DNA of 64,000 nucleotides from Eledone cirrhosa (lineage: Eukaryota). The stretch covers positions 57,226,001 through 57,290,000 of the forward strand of contig OZ024740.1 of the NCBI GenBank assembly GCA_964016885.1. The letters are read 5' to 3'. Within the stretch, counting starts at the first letter, position 1. Each line of letters starts with the position of its first letter. Under the pieces are notes generated by a model that was not told the DNA's origin, made no database searches, and was given only the letters and a program-made list of their open reading frames with translations. The position numbers and the translations under genes were made by a program. Of this stretch, positions 13,927 to 28,634 are shown piece after piece.

Positions 13927-14330
13927 GGAAAAGGATTCTATTAGTAGAAATGGGGTAGGGAGTTGTGTGTGTGTATATGGGTGTTATGTGTGTGGGGGGA
14001 GTATGTTAAGATGGAGAGAATATATATATTTTGTGTGTATTTGTGTAGGAAAGAAATTCTATTAGTAGAAATGGGGGAGGGAGTTGTGTGTGTGGGGAGG
14101 TGTTATGTGTGTGTGGGAGTATGGTTAGCATGTTAAGATCAAGAGAATATGTATTGTGTGTGTGTGTAGGAAAATGATTCTGTTAGAAATATTTTTGAAT
14201 GAATATATTTTCCTTATTTATTCGTATTTGTTCTGTTGTATTGTCAGCGCAAACGTATGTTAAGGTTTATTTAGTTCGGGTTTTTATTTTCTAAAGTAGA
14301 AGGTGTTATGTGTGTGTGTGTATGTGTCAG
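13126..14330 (-). mobile_element. Diverged 3' UTR/pseudo-LTR-only copy of the PLE at 15035-20507
   Basis: Reverse-complement similarity to about 19325-20507 with many substitutions; HHR at 13263-13300. Confidence 0.85.
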
Positions 14331-14464
14331 TTTGGATGGTTAACATGTTATGGTGTTGACCATAGAGTTATACAGGCAGATAGATAGGTAAGATGATTTT
14401 GGCGAATTGATTCTTAAACACAGAATAACATAAAATGAGAGTGAACCCTAACTATATATATATA

Positions 14465-14537
<73 letters not shown>

Positions 14538-14704
14538 GAATGTATATATAGTGTATTTTGCAATACACTGTATGCTTAATTAAAAGCATTTCGAAGACCT
14601 TACGCTATTGTTTTAGAGTAGTGACAGTCTCACTTACTTTAAATTTTCAGCAAACAGAGCTCTGTTTCGTACTTTTTGGTACTTATCATATTGGTACTTA
14701 TATA

Positions 14705-14833
<129 letters not shown>

Positions 14834-14978
14834 TTATATATATATATAGATATATTTATATATAGGTTGTAATAAAATGAAAACGAAATTTCATTTCTCA
14901 CTCTTAGTACGGCACTTACTTAAATGTAAGTATGTATGTATACGTACATACATATATGTATACAGACGTACAGTAGCA

Positions 14979-15039
<61 letters not shown>

Positions 15040-15854
15040 AAAAAGGGATGAAATCGAAAATGCAACTGAAGTCTTATTTTTTTTTAAAATATATATTTAT
15101 TTGGTTCCTTTACCGGTTTCGCAGTTCTTCTGCTTTTCAAAAGGTGAGTTGAGATGGAGGGTCTGTGGTTTTTCTCACATCTGGTTGGTCTCTAAATGTT
15201 ACTTGTTTTATATATTCACTGAACCAGAACATTTCTCCCAATCCCTTTTCCCTTGACCACTATCTCTCCATTGTCATAACATTCACTATAAAGACTACAG
15301 AATAGTTTTCCAAATAAGGGCGCAAAAATGTAATGAAAACTTGTTCACGTGACAGCCAAATTTCATTTATAACCAACCCAAAAAAAGCCTTCGTGAGCCT
15401 CATTTTTTCAAGTAAAAAGAAATTCAAACACTCATATATGAAAAAACAACCTGTGAAACCCCCCCCCCCCCTCTCTCTTATTTGAAGAACTATTGTAACG
15501 CGAACTGGCGCGAAATTTATTATAATTATTGACAAACCAATCAAATTACTTCTCGAAAAACCTGGTTTTCGAGCCACTTTTTCCATATAAAACAAGTAAC
15601 ATTTAGAGACCAACCAGATGTGAGAAAAACCACAGACCCTCCATCTCAACTCACCTTTTGAAAAGCAGAAGAACTGCGAAACCGGTAAAGGAACCAAATG
15701 AATATATATTTTTAAAAAAAATAAGACTTCAGTTGCATTTTCGATTTCATGCCTTTTTCTTTATACTTCCACTCGTGTAGGACACCTCGGTTATTTTTCA
15801 TTTTGTAAAAAAAACCTCACTTTCTAATATATACCCACCACACGAAGACCGAAA

Positions 15855-17058
15855 ATGCCACCAAAGTCTCAACAAAACAACAACTCACTGAACCAGGACC
15901 TCTTAAATGAACTCAAAGAGATTTCCTCTAAACTCTCAATTTTGACCAACAAAGTGGACCAAATACACATCTATAAAAAAGGACCCCACGAAGAAACAGA
16001 AAATATCCAAGAGACGAATATTACTCCAGTATTAACTAAGCTAATCGAAACCATTGAAACAGCAATGCTCCAAAAGCTTGAACAACCGTTAGAACCCAAT
16101 CTACGAGATGTCCACTCAGTGAAAAACACCCTAATCAACATATGGACTCAAAAGCTCACAGCCCGCAAATTCGCCCTTTGGAATCTCCTAAAAAATTATG
16201 GCAAGGCAGACATATATGAAAAGTGGCTAAACTCTACCCCAATCACCCTCCCCAAAAAACTCCAAATAAAACCCATCCCGAATGAACCAGAAAACCAACA
16301 AAGACTTAGGGAAAAGATGGCATTGGAAAAATTTAAAACAGAAATAGAACTGTTGCGATTAAGAGCCAACTCCAACGAAGAAAAATTCAAGTCACTCAAC
16401 CAACAGATGGACACAGAAATCTCAAAGCACTCTGAAGGCCTACTCTACAAAAAAAACCCTAAAACTTTGGAAAGAAAACTGTGAGGATGAAGAACTCACA
16501 TCCCTCCAGCGATGGGAAAAAAACGCCACCTGGTTCAACAACTACGAAATGGACTTCAAAAATGAACAACATACAGGTAACCCATTTTTAAAACAAACTA
16601 AAACTCACACACCACATGCACAACAAATAACAAAAAAAGTAACAAAACGTCCAACATACCCCCAGCAAAACTATAACGATAATCCCAGAAACCATAGACA
16701 AAACTATAACCCTACTAACAAAAACCAAAGATCCCCGAACACAAGGCAGGACCTGATCCGCAGATCACAACCCACACAAAACCTATTCCAAAACCGTAGA
16801 CCCCTGCCCACACAGAGCCTGTTCCAAAACCATAGATCCCAACCCACACAAAGGAACCAAATCTACAACCCGGACTATCAACAAACCGAACCTCAATACG
16901 TCCGAAACTTCTATACAAGACCACACAACAACAGGGGAAATACCATTAGATATAATAATACCAATGAAAAAACATTCCAGAAAAATCATTTTTTAGACCA
17001 AGGCTACAGGACTCACGACACCCGGTGGCACAAACCGATTTTGAAAAACCGAAAATAA
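15855..17058 (+). pseudogene. PLE upstream ORF (coiled-coil-like region then Q/N/R-rich region), one frameshift near 16450-16485
   Basis: ORFs 15855-16484 and 16549-17058 join across an A-run; located directly after the 5' pLTR. Confidence 0.65.
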
Positions 17059-19274
17059 TTTACATTTCAAATACAAACCTCTCAGCCCAACAAGTAAAAA
17101 TTCTCTCCAAAGGTCTGAAATTCACACCAATACCACAATATCCTAACCCCAACGAGATAAATGACGATATCTCACACTTCTGTAGAAAATTACGTCTCAC
17201 AGAGGAATTCTTTGACAAGGAGAATAACGACGAATCAATTGTACGGAATAAAAGCAGCTACAACCCAACAAAAGGTAGAAACAGAGTTCTGGACAAATTT
17301 TGTGACCACATAGCTACCTTCCCATACCATGAACTACCGCAACCTAAACCCAAACCCAACACAAGTCGAAGGGAATGGGAGATTATCCATGAACTAAAAA
17401 ACAATCCGGACATTGTAATTAAGGAGGCGGACAAGGGAAGTACTGTTGTCATTATGGAGGCTGAAAAATATAAAAATTCTATGTTCTCTCTCTTACAAAA
17501 TGCTAATTACTATGAAAGAGTAAAAAACTACCAGCAATCAAAAATAATGACCAAATTAAACACACTGATTTATCGATACCAGGAAGACCTAACTAAAAAG
17601 GAACGCGATTATTTAACAAATTTTGAATACAAAACCAGCAACCTTTACGGACTTCCGAAGATCCACAAATGTAAAATAATCAACGATGCCTGTAAACAAT
17701 CCACCTCAGCCTGCGTGAACACACAATACCCCACAGACCTTAAATTAAGACCAATTGTAGCGGGCCCACAATGTGAAACACACAGATTGAGCAACTTTAT
17801 AGACATACTACTGAAACCAATACTGAAACACATACCAAGCCTTGTAAGAGACGATCTGGACCTCTTAAACCACCTCCCCAAACATGTCAACAACGACACT
17901 ATTATTGTGTCTTTCGATGTAGTGAATCTCTACACAACGATCCCACACCAATACGGACTAGAAGCAATAGGATTCTGGCTAGAGAAATATCCCAATGAGA
18001 TACCTGACAGAATAGAAAAAAGCTTCATCACCGAGGGATTAAAATTCATCCTACAGAACAACTTTTTTGATTTCGATGGCAATACTTACAAGCAAATATC
18101 GGGGACTGCGATGGGCACAAAAGCCGCTCCAACTTATGCCAACTTAGTCATGGCATACTTAGAAGTCCAGATATATGAACAGTCCAAATCAAAATACGGA
18201 TTGAACTTCCACAAATATTTATCAGAGAATTGGAAACGCTACTTGGATGATTGCCTCATTCTTTGGTCCCACACACTCGACCAACTGAAGGATTTCAAAA
18301 ACTTAATAAACGGCATCAATAACCACATCCAATTCACAATGGAATACAGCCAAGATCAACTCCCATTTCTGGACATCTTAATCACAAAAAAAGATACAAA
18401 TATCGAAACTGACATACACTACAAACCAACAGATTCCAAACAATATCTGCTATTCACCTCCAACCATCCAAAGCACACGAAGACGAACATTCCTTTTAAC
18501 CTAGCAAGAAGAATTTGCACAATTGTCTCCAATTATGAAACGCGAAATAAAAGACTTCAAGAATTAAAGGAAATTCTACTTGAGAGAGAGTACCCACTAT
18601 TACTAATAAATAATGGAATAGAAAGGGCTAAAGCAATAGGCATTGATGAATTACGGAAACAGAAACAAATTCAAGGTACGTCCAATATTCTATCATATAT
18701 CTCAACACACAACCCAAGAAATGCGGAAGCTTACAACACTATTCACAATAACATCCCACTACTAAAACAAAACCCAAGAATGAAAAAAGCCCTTGAAACA
18801 CACAAAATAATCAAAAGCAAAAGACAACCAAAATCACTGAAAACATTACTCACCAATGCCAAATTACCTACCACAAACCCACAACCAAGTATCAAAAAAT
18901 GTGGTCGCTCTAATTGTGGAACCTGCACTCACCTCATTGAAGGCAACACGTATACATTTAAATCAGGACAACATTTTACTGTAAAAAATCACTTCACTTG
19001 CTCATCAAAAAATCTACTTTATGCCATTAAATGTAAAGGATGCAATGAAGATTATATAGGACAAACTAAACTCACACTCAGAAACAGAATGACAGTTCAT
19101 CGCCAACAATTACGAGATCCAACCACGAGACAAATACCACTAAGTGCACATCTAGACATTTGCGCAAGTGATAAGACACCCAAATTCCAAGTCTTCCCAT
19201 TTTACCTTTGCGCTAACAATACAACAGAACAAATGCGAATAAATAAGGAAAATATGTTTATTTCAAAAATATAG
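17025..19274 (+). CDS. PLE reverse transcriptase plus GIY-YIG endonuclease
   Basis: Motifs ADKGSTVVIM, YGLPKIHK, LRPIVAG, SFDVVNLYTTIP, GTAMGTKAAPTYANL, RYLDD, LPFLDILI, CGRSNCGTC, LLYAIKC..YIGQT. Terminal few codons probably frameshifted; no early ATG. Confidence 0.93.
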   Translation: MAQTDFEKPKIIYISNTNLSAQQVKILSKGLKFTPIPQYPNPNEINDDISHFCRKLRLTEEFFDKENNDESIVRNKSSYNPTKGRNRVLDKFCDHIATFPYHELPQPKPKPNTSRREWEIIHELKNNPDIVIKEADKGSTVVIMEAEKYKNSMFSLLQNANYYERVKNYQQSKIMTKLNTLIYRYQEDLTKKERDYLTNFEYKTSNLYGLPKIHKCKIINDACKQSTSACVNTQYPTDLKLRPIVAGPQCETHRLSNFIDILLKPILKHIPSLVRDDLDLLNHLPKHVNNDTIIVSFDVVNLYTTIPHQYGLEAIGFWLEKYPNEIPDRIEKSFITEGLKFILQNNFFDFDGNTYKQISGTAMGTKAAPTYANLVMAYLEVQIYEQSKSKYGLNFHKYLSENWKRYLDDCLILWSHTLDQLKDFKNLINGINNHIQFTMEYSQDQLPFLDILITKKDTNIETDIHYKPTDSKQYLLFTSNHPKHTKTNIPFNLARRICTIVSNYETRNKRLQELKEILLEREYPLLLINNGIERAKAIGIDELRKQKQIQGTSNILSYISTHNPRNAEAYNTIHNNIPLLKQNPRMKKALETHKIIKSKRQPKSLKTLLTNAKLPTTNPQPSIKKCGRSNCGTCTHLIEGNTYTFKSGQHFTVKNHFTCSSKNLLYAIKCKGCNEDYIGQTKLTLRNRMTVHRQQLRDPTTRQIPLSAHLDICASDKTPKFQVFPFYLCANNTTEQMRINKENMFISKI

Positions 19275-19783
19275 ACCAACATTAAATAAGGTTTAATATA
19301 CATTATGCCAACACCACAATATGACATACACACACACACATAACACCTACTTTAGAAAATAAAAACCCGAACTAAATAAACCTTAAACATACGTTTGTGC
19401 ACTGGCAATACAACAGCAAACACGAAAAAGTCAGGAAAATATGTTCATTCAAAAATATTCCTACTAAAGGAATCATTTTCCTGCACACACACATACACAC
19501 ACACAATATATATATATATATATTCTCTTCATCTTAACATGCTAACCATACTCCCACACACATAACACCCATACACACACATAAAAACCCCCACACCTAC
19601 AACACCCTCCCCATTTCTACTAATAGAACCACTTTCCTACACACATATATATATACACACACACAAAAAATATATATTCTCTCTATCTAACATACTCGCA
19701 CACACACACATAACACCCATATACACACACACACAACTCCCTCCCCCATCTCTACTAATAGAATCATCTTCCAATACACACAT

Positions 19784-19816
<33 letters not shown>

Positions 19817-20334
19817 AGCACACAAATAAACACATATCTTCAGTCTCAATAGAAAATCTGAACTCTGACACCTGAACTCTGACAGCTGGCCATATTCACT
19901 GAACCAGAACATTTCTCCCAATCCCTTTTCCCTTGACCACTATCTCTCCATTGTCATAACATTCACTATAAAGACTACAGAATAGTTTTCCAAATAAGGG
20001 CGCAAAAATGTAATGAAAACTTGTTCACGTGACAGCCAAATTTCATTTATAACCAACCCAAAAAAAGCCTTCGTGAGCCTCATTTTTTCAAGTAAAAAGA
20101 AATTCAAACACTCATATATGAAAAAACAACCTGTGAAACCCCCCCCCCCCCCTCTCTCTTATTTGAAGAACTATTGTAACGCGAACTGGCGCGAAATTTA
20201 TTATAATTATTGACAAACCAATCAAATTACTTCTCGAAAAACCTGGTTTTCGAGCCACTTTTTCCATATAAAACAAGTAACATTTAGAGACCAACCAGAT
20301 GTGAGAAAAACCACAGACCCTCCATCTCAACTCA

Positions 20335-20372
20335 CCTTTTGAAAAGCAGAAGAACTGCGAAACCGGTAAAGG
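20335..20372 (+). ncRNA. Hammerhead (family A, U3-A8) in the 3' pLTR; twin at 15654-15691
   Basis: Identical to 4229-4266; the two sense copies are 4681 nt apart. Confidence 0.75.
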
Positions 20373-20500
20373 AACCAAATAAATATATATTTTTTAAAAA
20401 AGTAAGACTTCAGTTGCATTTTCGATTTCATCCCTTTTTCTTTATACTTCCACTCGTGTAGGACACCTCGGTTATTTTTCATTTTGTAAAAAAACCTCAC

Positions 20501-21280
<780 letters not shown>

Positions 21281-21282
21281 CG

Positions 21283-22072
21283 GAATACGATTCTCTAACT
21301 GGATTGTCAAACGCCCAATATCGAATCGTCGTGGATTATGTGAGGGGCATATAATCTTAAAAATACGCCACCCAGGCTATGAAAATGTCGAAGTGCATGA
21401 AACCCATATCATCGCTTCGCTACGCATTACCAATATTTTTAATGCTTACACTATTTTTAATACTTATATTATTTCTCCACACACAGACTATAACAATCAT
21501 ATAAAGAATTCATCACCAGATCAACAACCTTCACACTCTCGATTAGCTGCTTAAGTGCTTCTACTACACGTAACTCTCTGCCACACTATATAAACAAGAC
21601 GCACGTGCTTGCCACACATATAACCTTTGCACTATATAACCGCTTAATTTCATGTTGTATTTTAACCTGTATTTTTGATTGTATCTTTTAATATAAATGT
21701 AATCTCTAAGTGTGTACTGCCACTCTAAATGTTATAATGAATGTTGACCCACAATATTTGCATATGTATCTGTATGTCTCTTGGGTGAAAAGGAGGTCAT
21801 ATAAGTGTTCATTCAATAATAAATTGCTCCGAAGAATCCAAACCTCGGTTTGGAGGAAACAGTTGTAAGCATAAAAATGTTTTGAACAGTTCTTTGATTA
21901 TTATAATTCATATAACTGCTCTGTAAATCATCTGATGTTTTTACATTGAGCTATTTAACTTACTGGTAATAAGGTAGTAATATATTACTGCCTACCACAA
22001 TTTAGGGTTTATAAAAATATATATAACTGCAAAAGGTTTTTGTATTTGCATAACCATAAATAGTATAATTAA

Positions 22073-22075
<3 letters not shown>
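21283..22075 (+). mobile_element. 3' portion of non-autonomous hammerhead element (family B)
   Basis: Nearly identical to 31796-32423; HHR at 21825-21871. Confidence 0.8.
21825..21871 (+). ncRNA. Minimal type I hammerhead, U4C variant (family B)
   Basis: tgct-CCGAAGA-a-tccaaac-ctcg-gtttgga-g-GAAA-cagttg-TA-agca. Copies at 32338-32384 and 53337-53383 (the latter has palindromic acagctgt). Confidence 0.7.
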
Positions 22076-22132
<57 letters not shown>

Positions 22133-22493
22133 AATAGAATGAAACGAAATTTCATTTCTTACTCTCAGTACGGCACTTACTTAAATGTAAGTATGTATGT
22201 ATGTATACGTACATACATATATGTATACAGACGTACAGTAGTATGTATATATATACATACATGCACACATATATATATGCACGTATCGGTTTACCGAACA
22301 TTTATTATAATGCTCATGTTTGGGTTAGTGTGTATATGTATATAGATATATAAGTATACTTACATGTAATTTACATACATTTGGTTGGAAAACACTAAGA
22401 AAAAGTGTTCAGTATCAAAGTAGAGTATAATATTTATTATATAACTGAGATTACTCTCTGTTACTACTCTGTGTTTCCTGATTGCTTGCTTGC

Positions 22494-22574
<81 letters not shown>

Positions 22575-22709
22575 TATATATATGTAGATTCTAGAGTTAG
22601 AATATATAAATATATATATATATATATAAATATATATATAAATATATATATATATAAATGTATATATATATATATAAATATATATATATAAATATATATA
22701 TGTATAAAT

Positions 22710-22872
<163 letters not shown>

Positions 22873-23994
22873 AATATATATATATTTATATAAATATATA
22901 TATAAATATATATATATTTATATAAATATATATATAAATATATATATAAATATATATGTAGATAAATCTACCAAAAGTTTACGGTAGTGTCCAATCCGTA
23001 TGAAGAACTCAATGTAATCCGGATATCATGAAAAGAGAAGATGCATTCAAAACTACTTTCGGTGAAAAATAAACGGAAAACAGAGTCAAGATAAATTATT
23101 AAAAAAATAATGAATAAACAAAGAAACAGTTCCTCATATTAAAAAAATTCATTATTTTACGATCGTTTCTAGGATATATATGTGTTAGAGTTGGTATGCA
23201 TATTCTATAGATCTATGTATATTATTTATACAAACTATCAGAGGGAATATACATACCTACACATATATATGCTGTCTTCAGAAATAATGATACTTGTTTA
23301 TTGATAAGAACAAAGATTCAATACAGTAGGTCTGTTTGGGAACAGGTTTTGAATTGACCAATCAGGAGATAGTGAGGGTCAAGATAGTGATATAGAATTA
23401 GGAGAACCTTAAATTATGGGTAGAGGAAGGTAGATTTCAGTTTTGGATGGAAAAGAGTATTATGAATGAAGGATTACTTTAGGGAAGAAGTAGGTCATAT
23501 GTTGACTTCAGAAATAATTTTATTTGTTCATTGAATAAAACCAACAAAGATCAAATATATTCTGTCTGTTTGGTAAGAGGTTTAGAATTAACCAATAGAA
23601 AGTTAATAATTGGCCAAATGGTAAAATAGTAGTAATTGAAACTTATTTTAGGGGTGAAACTAGGTCAGGTGGTCAGTAGAAGGTATACAAGCAGTTGCTG
23701 TTATAAAATAGTAATGCCAATACAAATATCTAAGGTGACTAAAGTTTTACGATAAGAATGTTAGTGAAAAAAATACATCTATGAACAGGATATAAAATTA
23801 ATTTAATTGATGGGTATATTTATATTGATAAAATTATACTAATACATACAGATATGATAAATAAGAGTTAGATGCAGTTGAAAAGTGCTGTTAAGGATGA
23901 GGGGAGATTAAAAGAATATAAAAATGATATATATATATATATATACACATATATATAGCTACATATATATACATACATACACACACACATATAT

Positions 23995-24034
<40 letters not shown>

Positions 24035-24127
24035 ATACACATACACACACACATATATACCCATATATATATATATATATATATATATACGCATATACAC
24101 ATGTACGTATACATACACACACACGCA

Positions 24128-24181
<54 letters not shown>

Positions 24182-24197
24182 CACACACATATACACA

Positions 24198-24230
<33 letters not shown>

Positions 24231-25339
24231 TTTTACACTCACATACATACACACATACATACATACACACTTATATACACATACATCCCCACTTACATAT
24301 ACATATAATTATTGGGGGGGGGGATTAAATTTATTAGTGGGAAATAGTAAATATATATAGGTTTCAAGGAACATAGAATCATAACCTGAAGTTAAAGCAT
24401 TATATATGTTTACTTAATGGTATCAGTTTTAGGAAATGATATTTGTAAGAAGGAAAGCCAAATTATGTAGTTCATCATTAGTAGAATATTAATTATAGGT
24501 TAACTAAAATAAAAATAGTTTATATATTAATTTCTAAGGTGCATATTAATTAGGTTTATAATATTTAAAGCAAAATTATGTAGTTCATCAGTTGTAGAAT
24601 ATTAATTATAGGTTAACTAAATTAAAAATAATTACATATGTTTACTTAATGGTATCAGTTTTAGGAAATGATATTTGTAAGAAGGAAAGCCAAATTATGT
24701 AGTTCATCAGTAGTAGAATATTAATTATAGGTTAACTAAATTAAAAATAGTTTATATATTAATTTCTAAAGTGTATATTAATTAGGTTTATAATATTTAA
24801 AGCAGAATTTTGTAATTCATCTGTAGTAGAATATTAATTATAGGTTAACTAAATTAAAATTAATTTATATATTAATTTCTAAAGTGTATATTAATTAGGT
24901 TTATAATATTTAAATGTTTTTCTCAGTTTATGATTACACGATATTATTAATTCCTGTCGCTTATTTAATAGGATATCCTTAGATTTCATTATTTCGAAAA
25001 GTTCTTGGGAACACAATCTACATTCATTTCTACTATTTTGATAAGGGGTGGCCCTTTTGAGCACACTCCAGGTCAGGTCATATTCTATATTCCTCTTTCT
25101 ATAACTATTAATTTTTTCAGCTAGAAATGTTGTATTAGCTAGTGCGGCATTTTTAAAACTATGTTTGTGGGTATTAAATCTTACCTTGAAATTGTTATCT
25201 GTATGATTTCACTACATATAAAAATCCATCACACAATTTTTTACTTGAAAACTTTGAGAAAGACCTTTTTAATTTAATCAAACACCTCAAATTTAAGAGG
25301 TATGAATTTAATTTTCAAAAGGACCTTGATTCTATCCTA

Positions 25340-27425
25340 TTGGATCTAAAAAAAGCTAAAAAAATCCATGTCCACTCGGACAAAACTGGAAACCTATATC
25401 ACATGGATATTGAAAATTACAATGAGTTCATATATAAAGAACTCAGGAAAAATTATAGAAAAACAAATAATGCGTCACTTACCAACATCAACAACAAAAC
25501 ACACAGCATAGTGAATAGACTTAATATTGAAGATAGAACTGAACCTTTGGCATTGAAAAGACCACACTTCAACCTGAAAGATCATAAATCTAACTTTAAC
25601 TCTAATCCTTCTATAAGACTTATATGCCCTTCCAAATCTGATATTGGAATAATTAGTAAAAAGTTTTTAGATAGAGTCATCCCACAAATAAGAAAACATG
25701 TTAATTTACCACTCTGGGAAAACACATCCCAGGTAATTAACTGGTTTAATAATATTAGATATAAATCCTCTGCTTCATTTCTACAATTTGATATAGATAA
25801 TTATTATTCTTCTATATCACCTATACTCCTGAACAAAGCCTTGATATTTGCTAAAAATAGATCTAACTTAACTTTGGATGACATTAATATTATTACACAT
25901 GCTAGACTAACACTACTGGAATTTCAGAATGAATACTGGACCAGAAACACATATAGTAATATATTTGATATTACTATGGGCTCAAGCGATTTTGCCCAAA
26001 TTACTGATCTTGTGGGCCTCTTTCTTCTTTTTAACATAAATGCTTCCTTTCCCCACCTTAAAGGTGGTTTATATCGTGACGACTGTCTTCTTCTTTCCCT
26101 CTCAGAGATAGAAAAAATAAAAAGCTTATTAGAACTTTCCTTAAAGACTATTATAGTCTAGATATTACATTTGAAAACACAAGTAAAGTAGTTAATTTCC
26201 TAGATATAACATTAGACTTATCTACGGGTATCTACCAACCTTACCATAAACCCAACCAAAATTTACACTACATACACTCACAATCTAATCACCCTAAATA
26301 TATCCTTAAAAACCTTGCATATAATATATCACTTAGAATTTCTAACCTTTCGTCTAACCAAGATGTATTTGATAAAAATGCGACCTTTTATAACGAAGCT
26401 CTAGCTAGAAGTGGCCACAAAAATAAATTAGTATATATACCTTCTACCAATAATACTACAAACATACAACCTAATATTACCAACAAACACCAAATGAAAC
26501 GTACACACCTAAATGCCACTCACACTATACCCCAAAATACCAACATAAAACCAAATTTCTCTAACTCTTCTAATATACAGTATAGTAACTCTCAAAAAAC
26601 TACTCATCCTACAACTCTAATAAATGTTAATAATAAAACTCCTAATAAACAAGCTAAAACACCTAAATCAATAAATCTAACTAAAAATGTGTGTGGAGAG
26701 GTCATTAACAATAATTCTCCTAGTAAACATCAGGATGCATCCTATAAAAACAATAAATAACATAGAAACCGTAATAGACGAGTTACTTTGTATAATTCTC
26801 CATTTAATTTACAAGTTAAGGATAATATACCTAAAAAATTCTTTAATATCCTAGAGAAAAACTTCCCGCCAAACCACAAATACCATCAAATCTTAAATAG
26901 ATCAACAGTTAAATTCTCCTACTCAACAACCAAAAACATAAAACAAAATATAAGTGCCTATAATGCATATAAATGTAAAAAAACCATAAGTATACCACCA
27001 GTACATCAAACTAACCATAATATCTCCTCAGATGCAGGATTCACGAAAATTTGTAACTGTAGAAACAAGGCAAACTGTCCATTAAAAGGAAATTGCCTTG
27101 TTAATAACATAATATATAAATGTAAAGTTAACACTAAGGACTCTATTTATTCATATATAGGAGCTACCTCTAACAATTTCAAGGTAAGATTTAATACCCA
27201 CAAACATAGTTTTAAAAATGCCGCACTAGCTAATACAACATCTCTAGCTGAAAAAATTAATAGTTATAGAAAGAGGAATATAGAATATGACCTGACCTGG
27301 AGTGTGCTCAAAAGGGCCACCCCATATCAAAATAGCAGAAATGAATGTAGATTGTGTTCCCAAGAACTTTTCGAAATAATGAAATCTAAGGATATCCTAT
27401 TAAATAAGCGACAGGAATTAATAAT
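25340..27425 (+). pseudogene. PLE RT plus GIY-YIG, disrupted
   Basis: SDKTGNLY, LKDHK..RLICPSKSDIG, QFDIDNYYSSI, FDITMGS, GLYRDD; frameshift near 26100; stop at 26758; CNCRNKANCPLKGNCL..IIYKC..YIGAT..CRLC. Confidence 0.9.
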
Positions 27426-27602
27426 TGTTTCTACTTTAGGCACAAGGCCAGCAATTACCCAGTGCATTACTGGTACTTTATTTTATCGACCCCGTAAGGA
27501 TGAAAGGCAAAGTCAACCTCGGCGGGATTTGAACTCAGATCATAAAGGGACGTAACTATGCTGGAAAGCATGGCGTCCAACCCTCTACCAATACTGCCAA
27601 TC
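27426..27602 (-). mobile_element. tRNA-derived SINE inserted in the PLE with a 14-bp TSD
   Basis: TSD caggaattaataat at 27412-27425 and 27603-27616; empty site preserved at 24943-24956 in the inverted arm; A and B boxes present. Confidence 0.9.
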
Positions 27603-27639
27603 CAGGAATTAATAATATCGTGTAATCATAAACTGAGAA

Positions 27640-28160
27640 AAACATTTAAATATTATAAACCTAATTAATATACACTTTAGAAATTAATATATGAATTAAT
27701 TTTAATTTAGTTAACCTATAATTAATATTCTACTACAGATGAATTACAAAATTCTACTTTAAATATTATAAACCTAATTAATATACACTTTAGAAATTAA
27801 TATATAAACTATTTTTAATTTAGTTAACCTATAATTAATATTCTACTACTGATGAACTACATAATTTGGCTTTCCTTCTTACAAATATCATTTCCTAAAA
27901 CTGATACCATAAAGTAAACATATGTAATTATTTTTAATTTAGTTAACCTATAATTAATATTCTACTACTGATGAACTACATAATTCTGCTTTAAATATTA
28001 TAAACCTAATTAATATGCACCTTAGAAATTAATATATAAACTATTTTTATTTTAGTTAACCTATAATTAATATTCTACTAATGATGAACTACATAATTTG
28101 GCTTTCCTTCTTACAAATATCATTTCCTAAAACTGATACCATTAAGTAAACATATATAAT
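27640..28160. repeat. AT-rich tandem subrepeats in the PLE 3' UTR (mirrored at about 24400-24915)
   Basis: Four recurrences of tttagttaacctataattaatattctacta(c/a). Confidence 0.8.
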
Positions 28161-28328
28161 GCTTTAACTTCAGGTTATGACTCTATGTTCCTTGAAACCT
28201 ATATATATTTACTATTTCCCACTAATAAATGTAATCCCCCCCCCTCCAATAATTATATGTATATGTAAGTGTGGATGTGTGTGTATATAAGTGTGTATGT
28301 ATGTATGTGTATGTATGTGAGTGTAAAA

Positions 28329-28452
<124 letters not shown>

Positions 28453-28453
28453 A

Positions 28454-28501
<48 letters not shown>

Positions 28502-28587
28502 TGTGTGTGTGTGCGTATGTATACGTACATGTGTATATGCGTATATATATATATATATATGGGTATATATTTGTGTGTATGTGTATG

Positions 28588-28634
<47 letters not shown>

